Of a stretch of DNA of 64,000 bases, positions 53,921 through 64,000 are shown one piece after another; the stretch's first letter is position 1; the number at the start of each line of letters is the position of its first letter. The translations under genes were made by a program, and so were the position numbers. Under the pieces are notes generated by a model. The model saw only the letters and a program-made list of their open reading frames with translations, was not told where the DNA came from and ran no database searches. Source of the stretch: Octopus sinensis (lineage: Eukaryota); contig NW_021834418.1 of assembly GCF_006345805.1 (NCBI RefSeq), positions 11,624-75,623 on the forward strand. Reading direction: 5' to 3'.

Positions 53921-55417
53921 ACAGAAATTAAATTCGGTTCCATATGAAAATATCTCTGTGAATTACAATAAATAACATAAAGTATCAATTGTGTTACCTA
54001 ATATTTTCTTTAAAGTATGTCTATCGTTACAATAAACTGTTGTACTAGTTTACAGAAGATATTCAAACAATACAAAAGAGGCGACGTAGAATGCCAGAAA
54101 TATCCTCAAAAACAAGAAAAATCTAAACCTGTCGAAATGATTCTAGAAAACATTTTGTAAGATTTCAGTTTATCAAACTTATCGTTGAAATAAAATGTTA
54201 TTTTGTTTAACAGTATTTTGTCTTCTGTCTCATGATTCAACAAACCCCAAATAAAGTACCACCATAGAATTATATCAGCTTTTCGTGCACAGCCTTAGAA
54301 AATCTAATACTCGACGTACTATCTCAGACATCTTGGTTTTCAAATTACAAATCGGATTCTGACAAGGAGCCATGAACCGCTACATTACTTAGCACAGAAC
54401 TTAATTGATTCTTTCAACAACAACCAGATACTTCCACACAATCCATTCTACTTACCGTTATTAATCAGGAAAGCTTTCCGTTCCATTCCAACCCCAAATC
54501 TTATAAAACCTACTTATCGTCTACTTTACCAATATCACAAAATGTTCAATTTAAGCTTTCTGAGAATGTGGAATTTACACGATCAATCCTTCAAAAGACA
54601 GTATAAATGAGTACTGGTCCTGCCAAAATAAATCTATATCACAAAATTCCCACCTCTCTTCAAAATAAGATACAAAATGAAACTCGATGCCCACAACATA
54701 CATATCATATACTAAACGCTGATATACAAGAATAAGAAATGAAATCAACCAGAAAAATTGCCTCATTTCAGCAGCAGAGAACATCAAATATGACGATTTC
54801 TTTCACTCCGCTACGTAAACATACCAGAACCGAAGAAAGGATGGATCCTAGAAGCTGAATACATTTCATATAAAACGAATACAACACACATAAAAGTGAG
54901 AGTAAAGAGAGCAAATATAGTCAGGGCAAGCACGGATGCTGTGTGTAAGAAGGCTGAGATGTTGTGACCGTCACGTTATATCCAATAGGATTCATGTTTG
55001 TCTGTTGGAGTGTGTCGAATATTTGTTAGATAAACGAAGGGTTCGGTTTACAGCATCAAGCTGCAATAAAGATTAAAGATTATTAATGTTTACTATCCCA
55101 CTATTATTAGTCTAATGGGTAAATCTGCATTCGCTTCTCTAGATTACAAATATTTTCCTGGTTGTAAATCGTAAACAATTGCAGAGAATACGGACGCTGG
55201 TAGATCTTCAAATTCATCTTTTGATTCAGCGGCATAATTAGACAGTTAAAACGACCGCCAGGTGTTTAAGCTGTACAGAGCATGCGCAGCTGCATATGCA
55301 ACCCGCCATTACAAAGGGAAAAATTATGGGACTTTGTTGAAATCTGACATGGCTGTAAGATTTATTTTGTAGCTTATTTCAAATTACCCTTATTTCGAGG
55401 GCCAAACCGAGAGTGTT

Positions 55418-55492
<75 letters not shown>

Positions 55493-55862
55493 CACTCACA
55501 CACACACACACATATATATATATATTAAATTAGGTCAAACTATATCTGAGGGGTCTAATATGCTTCCTCTAAGAAAATTTAATCATTACTATGGAATTCC
55601 GTCGTACATATGCAGTCCATACGGAAGGTGCACTTGCGAATTGAGTTTCAAATGGGAGACACTGTACCTGTATGTTTTGCTATGATTTATAAAACAAGAA
55701 GAAAAATATTCAAAGCTAGTGATAATGACTAGCTAAAAATATGTATGAATGTCATTATTCGGTTTTAATGGAATATTTCTGGCCAACAGAAATAGAGACG
55801 GCTTCTAACTTAGTTCCAAGTATCTTTCATTGGAATTTCAACAACATGAACAGGATATTTTT

Positions 55863-56095
55863 GTATGTATGTATGAATGTATGTATGTATGTATGTATGT
55901 ATGTATGTATGCATGAATGTATGTATGTATGTATATATGTATGTATGTATGTATTCATGTATGTATGTATGTATGTATGTATGTATGTATGTATGTATGT
56001 ATGTATGCATGTATGTATGTATATATGTATATATGTATGTATGTATGTATTCATGTATGTATGTATGTATGTATGTATGTATGTATGTATGTATG

Positions 56096-56129
<34 letters not shown>

Positions 56130-57340
56130 TGTATGTATATATGTATGTATGTATGTATTCATGTATGTATGTATGTATGTATGTATGTATGTATGTATGT
56201 ATGTATGTATGCATGTATGTATGTATGTCAGGTCACTTTCGAGTGCTACTGGTAACATGTAACCCAGTACAACCTGTTGCATTTTCGGGTCGTCGGCGAC
56301 TAAACCGGCAACCCCACCAAGTTTGCTTGGTGAGGAGGGAGTTTATTGGACACCCTGTGGGATGAAAAACAATACCCGTCAAAGGGCGGAGGAATTCTTG
56401 AGAGTCAACGGCCATCCAATAAATGTCTTAAGGGTGTATCATGCGCGGGGACATAGAAATAATCGGACTGAATACCCGATCGCGCGGTTAAACCATTGGG
56501 AGTGAAGGACTCCTAGCCTTTGTTAGGGCATCCTTCTAGGAGAGGGTAACTCAAGTAACTGGGATAACTCCGACATAAAACCTGCGGCTCAGTGGTTACC
56601 GATGATGTTGAATTGTTCTTCTTTTCGGATTATGGCTGCTGTTGCTTAGTGACTGGGATTGACTCAGTGCACAGCCTTTCCTCGCTTTAAAAAAATCTTC
56701 ATGCACAGGCATTGCAAGATAACAACATTGATTAAGCTTCGTGCAATGCCCATATTCGATAACGAGGGGGCAGCCACCAAGTATGTATGTATGTATGGAT
56801 GGATGGATGTAATATGTATACATGTAGGTATGGATGTAAGTATGTATGTATGTATATATGTATGTATGTGCATATGTGTCTATCGATATATACATGCTTA
56901 CATTCAAACATACATGCATGTATACATGTATATATACATACATGTATGTATAAATATATGCATACATGTATGTATGTACGTATGAAAGTATGTACGTATG
57001 TATGCATATATGTATGTATATATGTATGTATGTATGTGTGTGTATGTATGTATGTTTGTATGTATGTATGTGTGCATGTATGTGTGTATGTATGTATATA
57101 TATGTGTGTGTATGTAAGTATATATGTATGTATGGGGGTATGTATGTATGTATATATGTATGTATATACGTGAGTGCGTATGTATGCATGTATGTATGTA
57201 TGTGTGTATGTATGTATGTATGTATATATGTATGTATGTATGCATGTATGTATATATGTATGTGTGTATGTATGTATGTATGTATGTATGTATGCATGTA
57301 TGTATGTGTGTATGTATGTATATATGTATATATGTATGGG
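55863..57340. repeat. (TATG)n array containing one copy of the ~555-bp element (56228-56780)
   Basis: Seen directly. Confidence 0.9.
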
Positions 57341-57504
57341 TGGGTGGGAATTTGTAGGTTTTGATTTTGATATTCACATAAAACTTTTCTAATCCGATTA
57401 ACGCTTGTCGTGAAGAATCCAATCCGAACAGCGGACTTCATTAGATTAAGTCTTGCGATTACTGTGTGGGTTGAACGAAATACTTCCCACTCTGAATATT
57501 AAAA

Positions 57505-57543
<39 letters not shown>

Positions 57544-58037
57544 TGTGTGTGTACGTGTGTGTGTGTGTGTGGGAGTGTGTGCGTCAGTGTGTGTGTGTGT
57601 TGTGTCAGTGTATGTGTGTGTGTGAGTCATTGTGTGTGCGCGTGTGTGTCAGCGTGTGTGTGTGTGTGCGTCAGTGTGTGTGTGACAATGTGTATGTTTG
57701 TGCGTGAGTATGTGTGTGTAGATCGGTGAATTTCGTAATGTTTGACTGTAATTCACGTTGGTTTTTATATATGACAATATGTAAGAACGAATGTAAATAC
57801 ATACACACAGACACACGGACAAACACACTCACAAATAAACACAAACACACACACATACACACGCACACAGACACACGTGCTCAATTGTACACGAACAATC
57901 ACACTATACAGTGTATGTCCACTCACATATATGTGTGCGTTTGTGTGTGTGTATGCGTATAAGTAGATACGTATATTTGTGATATTTATGGTGTGTATGC
58001 TTAAGTATACGTGCATACCTATATATTGATATGTATT

Positions 58038-58073
<36 letters not shown>

Positions 58074-58877
58074 TGTGTGGAGGCGCAGTGGCCCAGTGGT
58101 TAGGGCAGCGGACTCACGGTTTCGATTCCCAGACTGGGCGTTGTGTGTGTTTAAAGCTCCATGATCACTGCTGTACTCTTTCGCTATAACTTTCTCCCTT
58201 TCTTCTGTTGGCCTGCTCGCTTAGCCAACGGGGTGGCGTCATTTGAAGGCTAAATCAATGCTAAGCGCATCGTGAACAGCGATATGTAGCAACACCGATA
58301 GCCTGGTCTTCGACGGTCATCACAGAGATATACGTATCATCCGCACACAATACACGCACACACCCACATACTTCAAACTAGCAGTACCTACTACTTAACA
58401 GGGGGTAGAGTCAAAAGTAGCCACGCCCAATTCCTTCTTTTTAACACTACTAGCCCTACAACACGCAAAGATTAACAGCCACAACACACACACACACACG
58501 TGTCATCATTGCACACATACACACAGACACACACACGCACACGCAGACCTCCGCGCACGCTCTTATCCACACTTACACACACATTCCTCCTCCTCTACCA
58601 CTCTCCTGTCTTTGAAAGAACCTTTCTTCACCCATTCCTTCCGGTCATTCAAAATGTGACGCGCGTGTACCGTTGGCGATTTTTTTTACTCTGTCTTCCC
58701 TCCTCTGGATCTTTCCTTCTCGTATGTTTCCGACGAAGAACTCCACCCGAAACGTTAAACCCTCCTTCTTTCCTTCTTTCCTGAGCGTCCAATAATACTA
58801 TATTTGTTCCACGTCCTCACGTTGTTGTATTTTTGTGCTTTCTTGTTTGGATTAAATTTAACTATATAATATATATC

Positions 58878-60488
58878 CACAACCCCTAATAGACAGTGCA
58901 ATCCAACGGGTACTTAAATTAAGTATAGAAGACCAGACAAACAAAACCAAAAAAGAAAGAACAATTAAAAACCCTTCCCTACATCTCTGCACACAACCCA
59001 CTCAACAATGAGGCCTTCAACACCATACTACAAAGCACAGCCCTACTAAAGGGAGACCCAAAGATGAACCGGATCCTCGAAACACACACCATCATTAAAA
59101 GTAAACGGCAACCAAAATCCTTGAAAAGGATTTTAACCCAAGCTACACTGCACTCAACATCAACCACAAAACCAGCAGTTAGAAAATGTGGAAGGCCCAA
59201 CTGCGGAATCTGTGGCATCTTGAAGGAAGGATCAGAATTTATACTGGAACAAGGCCACCAGTTCACCATTAGAACAAACTTCACCTGCGCATCAGAAAAC
59301 TTAATTTACGTAATAACATGCGCAGGCTGCAATAGGCAGTATATAGGCCATACAAAAAATAGCTTACGTAACAGGATGGCGGTGCATAAATCACAAATTA
59401 GAAACCCTGATTACCGCAAAATACCGGTCAGCGGACACATAGATAGATGTGCTGGAAATATAAATCCGAAATTTACAACTAACCCGCTCTATAAATTCAG
59501 TGACAACGCAACCTTCACACAACGCCAAAATAAAGAACTATATTTCATAAAAAAATTTAGACCAAGTTTAAACACCCTGGGCCAGGAATATTAAAACAAA
59601 AGATAAGTCCTCCGAAAAGGAGAGGCAAAATTACACCAAGGCCGCTACCATAAACAGTCACTCGCACTGACGGAAATATGCCTTAGTTAAAAAAAAGGAA
59701 AAAAATTCTTTAGTACAAATCTGACCCTGCAAATCTGACATACGATACAGCTAAGGGTCAGACCCGATTCTGATTGGTCAACATGTTGATGACGTCTTGT
59801 TCTGCTAGAATGGACAGGATACAAACAGGGGGCAGAGATTGGTCACAATATTGATGACGTACTTTTCTGCTTGACTGGTCACCTAACAAAATACAGACAG
59901 GTGGCAGATCCAATGCAGCTATAAGTCGCGATGAAACGACTGGTCAAAACAGGAAACAAACAAGAGGCAGTTCTAATACAGCGATTAGTCACGATTGGTC
60001 AAAATGTTGATGACGTGGACGTCACGCTACGCTGGACTGACCACCTGACAGGCATTATAAAAACACGAACAATCTACAAAACACACCAGAATAACCCAGC
60101 GAACAACAACCACCATGGGTCACCACAATTGCTTAAGGTAAAAATGAATTCCTCGCTCTTTCGGGAACACCAATCCTCTGTATTGACTGCTTTCCACCAC
60201 TTTGATCTGTTTTTTGTATTGAATACGTATCGCCACCGTGGGCCACTTCATCGAACACTTTGAACATATAGTATGAATGAACATACTTCAAACTATATCA
60301 AAACTTTAAAATGTCTGACTCCGTTGAGTATTATAAATGAATTTCTTGTGTTTGACGGCATTAGCTGTCTTTTTTTATATATAACTCTTTTTGATAAGGT
60401 TCATTTCAGGAACTGAAACATGTTATAATGTATATATAAAAATTAAAAATTGTATAATATAGCAGCATTTTCGAACTTCTTTTTTTAC

Positions 60489-60490
<2 letters not shown>
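58878..60490 (+). mobile_element. 5'-truncated Penelope-like (Neptune-type) retroelement
   Basis: GIY-YIG ORF followed by a long 3' noncoding region. Inserted in a TA tract and absent from the paralogous sites in copies D and E. Confidence 0.85.
59064..59594 (+). CDS. GIY-YIG endonuclease domain of a Penelope-like element (truncated ORF, no RT)
   Basis: CGRPNCGIC zinc-finger linker, then FTCASENLIYVITCAGCNRQYIGHT...LRNRMAVH...ELYFIKKF...LN. Confidence 0.85.
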   Translation: MNRILETHTIIKSKRQPKSLKRILTQATLHSTSTTKPAVRKCGRPNCGICGILKEGSEFILEQGHQFTIRTNFTCASENLIYVITCAGCNRQYIGHTKNSLRNRMAVHKSQIRNPDYRKIPVSGHIDRCAGNINPKFTTNPLYKFSDNATFTQRQNKELYFIKKFRPSLNTLGQEY

Positions 60491-60569
<79 letters not shown>

Positions 60570-60578
<9 letters not shown>

Positions 60579-61020
60579 CAATATAAGGAATGGTCATAAT
60601 TGGACATCGACTTACTAGAAAGAGCAGCCAAACTCAAACCGCTAAATACCCTTATATTTATTAATTAATGATTTTTTGGCTATTTTTGAAATTAAATCAG
60701 CAGTTTATATTTGCTGCTGAGAATTTTGAAAATTTAGACCATATGGACTGGAGGCGTCTTTACTATCGCCTCGTGGACATATACTCGTCCTAGGCTTCTC
60801 TGCTGACGAGGCACGCCAGATGTAAATATATTTAATTTAATTTAATTAATTTGTTTACGAAAGGTGGCCGAAACTATGCATAGTCCAGAGATGAAAGGGG
60901 TAAACGTTTTTATTTCCCTTTCTATTTCAGAATTACAACTAATTTGCGGTTTGAGTTTGGCTGCTCTTTCTAATGAGTCGAATGTCCTATTATGGCCATT
61001 CCTTATATTGTTGAAATATA
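60570..61020. mobile_element. ~450-bp noncoding element bounded by ~75-bp inverted repeats, containing a hammerhead motif
   Basis: ttcaacaatataaggaatggtcataat...aaactcaaaccgc pairs with gcggtttgagtttgg...ccattccttatattgttgaa. Confidence 0.75.
60797..60891 (+). ncRNA. Type I hammerhead ribozyme motif
   Basis: Stem I tctctg/cagaga, core CTGACGA (60803-60809), stem II ggc.../...gcc, GAAA (60870-60873), palindromic stem III actatgcatagt and GTC cleavage triplet (60883-60885). Confidence 0.75.
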
Positions 61021-61113
61021 GTATATAGTCTTTGACTATCTTTCCTTTCTCACTAACCGCTGGTAGCAGAGAATTTTTTCTAGAATTTTTTGCTACCCAT
61101 ATATTTATTATTA

Positions 61114-61160
<47 letters not shown>

Positions 61161-61469
61161 TATATATGTACATACATATGTAGAAATATGTGTGTATATA
61201 TATATATATATATATGTGTGTTGTGTGTGTGGTGGTGTATACTAGCAGAGATACCCAGCATTGCTGGGGATTCAAATGGCAAAGTTGGTATATAATATAT
61301 TGCAGTCATTTTGAAACAGGTGATATGGGAAAGTGCAACATTGACAACAAAACATTTGTAGAGTAAATGCTGGGCTAATTCGACTAAGCAACATGCTATG
61401 CGTCCGTTTGGAGTGTTTCAGGCCCTAACCTGTCATGCAAAATTTGAGCTGGGGTTTGTGTGATTTTTG

Positions 61470-61845
61470 AAGGCACCGAAATGCTGTCAGTGGATATACT
61501 CTCCTTTGCAGCAGTGTGCGCTGTGTCTAACACGATACATCATCGGAATTTTGACACCTCACGTCGGGTTTGTTGTCCTACATCACTCATAGAGTAAATT
61601 TGGAGGAACTGGGTTGTTCATTCGCGGGTACCAGGGAACCAGTGAGGGGATAGATTTGCCCTTGAACTTTGACTCTTCGGCGTAAATTCATGTTTATCTA
61701 TCTTCTTAGATTCACCAAACGATGTCAATTGAAATGCAGAGTTGTGTGGTCTGATATTGTTCAGAAAATCTTTTGACTGGACTGAAGCGCCTTCTAGAAG
61801 ATCCCTAAGGAGTTGAGATGGTAGTGTTGGCAATGATACATGTCC
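61470..61845 (-). mobile_element. Helitron fragment, copy F intron 1
   Basis: DFLNNIRPHNSAFQLTSFG. Confidence 0.75.
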
Positions 61846-62239
61846 GAATATGTTGTCATCTATTGCATTGTTTTGAGTTCTAAACGATAATAAATACCCT
61901 GAATTTCTATTTATATGATGCTATTTCTATTTTTTGACAGAACCGTTTCATCTCCAAGAAATCTCTCGACGATAAACTGATGACACACACAACACATAAA
62001 GAACTGATTTTACGGCTAAAGTCTTTTACCCGTGTCTCCTTAACTAATGGTTTATGATTTCACGAACTTTGAATTAGTTCCACATTACTATCCACATGTC
62101 CACAATAATATATACTAAGACATTTGCCTGAATTTATTTCGAAATATATTCTACTTTACAATAATTTCCTAAATAAAATGTTACTCTAATATACTATGAC
62201 ATTTCTTGTGTGTATATGAGTATATATGCAGTGCTACGT

Positions 62240-64000
62240 CGAGAAATGTTTCGATCCGCAAGGTTCCTCCGAGTGTGCTCTTCGCCGAGTGTCCGAGGCG
62301 ATCGGTACGTTCACTATGAAAAAATTGGAGTGCTCAGAGCGAGACCCGCCGGCTTGCATACGATAAGTATGGAATGCCATCTTCATCTGAGAATCAAATG
62401 CCCGAGCTGGCGCTTCACTGCGTTTATATCTACGATTCAGCATTCTGTCCACTCTTGTGCTTCCAATCATTCGTGAACATAGACCCGCAATAATGATGTT
62501 CCACTTTCCTACACAGTGCGTATTTGTCAATCCTGCCTTTGGGTACTCGGCAGCCAACCCATTCAGTGCACGTTGTTGGTTGCCATCAGACGAATTAGGT
62601 AGCAGCATGTCGTCTACAAATAACAGTCGACCGATCACGTAGAGATGAATTGGGATACCTCTACCACAATGGCTGCGCATATTCAACCAGTTCACAAAAA
62701 AGAATGTGAGAAGGGGCACTAACAATGCACACTTCAACTAAGTGAAACCTTCACGTTGAAAACTTTCGACTTTTACATAAATACAATCATTGAACATCCA
62801 TATAAGTACTTTATGGCAACCAGTATTTGCCCAGTAAGCTCACCTTCCTTGTAAACCATCCACAACATACCTCAGCAACGTGATCATGTGCCTTTTCGTG
62901 GTTTACAGCGTATTCCTCTTGGAAATGCCTCAACGTTTGCTGGAAGATCTGTCTTTGAACGATTATCTGGTCGGGTGTACTGCGTTCCGGACGGTAATCT
63001 TGGGCGCGACAACTTCCCTACTTATCGTTTCCTGAAATCTAGTGTAGACTTTTCTATAATTAGAACACACTCTCTGGTCTCTGTTTGAAAAAAATGTGAT
63101 TGCCATCCCATATTACCATTACTTTGATGTTTTTTCCAGAGGTCCCATCCGCCTAGCATACATGGATCACTCAGAGAATACAATCTGTATTTAAGGTTTC
63201 TAAAATATCAAGCCGAACGTACTTTTAACCAAGCAGCTTTATCACATTTAAGTGAGTTTAGCTCAAATAAGCGTTCAACCGAAGAAGAACCTGCCGAATA
63301 AAATAATACAATCACGAATCCATTTCGATGTCCAAGTTCATTCAGGAGGGTCACTCTCAATTTGGATGCAAAAGTCTCCATATTTTTGTTTCTGATCCCA
63401 GCATCCACTGCAACTTCCAACTGTATTCTGTAGGTTGCACTGGATTTACCAATTTCCAGTGTTCGGCAGACCGTAGGGATTTTTAGGTTTTTAGACATTT
63501 AGGTAGTGACGAGTTGACAACTCCACCCCTTCCTTTTACCCGAACGTTCAGCAAAGAGTGAAAGAGGACCGAGCCTAATCAGAAACCTCTGTCACCAAGT
63601 ATTTCTAAATCAGGCACCCTTATAAATATCCCTGTCTTAAAATAATATCTATACCATAGAGTGGAGAGTGTGTATCCTGCACAGAAGGCTGCTATGACCT
63701 CTCCATTAAGTTCACTGACGACATTCCTTCCAATCAATCCTTCTCACGGTTATCAGTGCCAAGGTGTGCACTGAAGTCTCCTTGCAGGAGAAATGACTTA
63801 TCCCCAAATATATCTAAAGCTGAGGTGAATTTTCTTAGGAAGGATTTGTATTTGACCCCGCTGTTTGCTGCATATACTTACAGCAGCCACAGTGGTCCTA
63901 CATATTCAGCCTTAGCTTCAAGAGGTGATCCCTCACACCTAGTAGGTTTCACTCCATAATACAATCCGAAAGCTGGGGATTGAGAGTATCCTAATCCCAC
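62240..64000 (-). mobile_element. Ancient RTE-like LINE relic, copy F intron 2
   Basis: RLLFVDDMLL...QQRALNGLAAEY. Colinear with 3405-4800. Confidence 0.75.

Larger units (their letters stand above)
57720..64000 (+). pseudogene. Gene copy F (partial): promoter and exon 1 deleted; exon 2 at 61941-~61992 lacks its GT donor
   Basis: The GT satellite joins directly to intron 1 sequence at ~57717. Exon 2 ends gacacacacaacacataaagaac instead of caccaa|gtaagaac. Confidence 0.75.

Overview
Eukaryotic DNA, AT-rich and dense in microsatellites. The SINE families and (TA)n/(GT)n/(TATG)n load suggest a cephalopod such as Octopus (inference). Most entries in the ORF track are microsatellite translations and are not genes. 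The main structure is a + strand tandem array of a 4-exon gene, assembled here by reading splice sites. The coding exons are 144, 52, 75 and 500 nt with intron phases 0/1/1, giving about 256 aa. The product has an N-terminal hydrophobic signal-anchor, a short linker and a cysteine-rich short-chain collagen C4 (spongin NC1-like) domain, with no Gly-X-Y helix. Six whole or partial copies (A-F) are visible, alternating between two flank types in a higher-order repeat of about 27-31 kb. Exons 1-3 are nearly identical between copies, while exon 4 has clustered hypervariable patches. Copy E (41967-53920) is closest to intact. The other copies carry 1-bp indels (possibly consensus errors), a stop codon or deletions. 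Introns and spacers hold L1/Tx1, HERO-like, RTE, Penelope/Neptune (GIY-YIG), Helitron, mariner and SINE relics. There is also a well-formed type I hammerhead ribozyme motif inside an inverted-repeat element at about 60.6-61.0 kb. All calls were made by eye, with no database searches.
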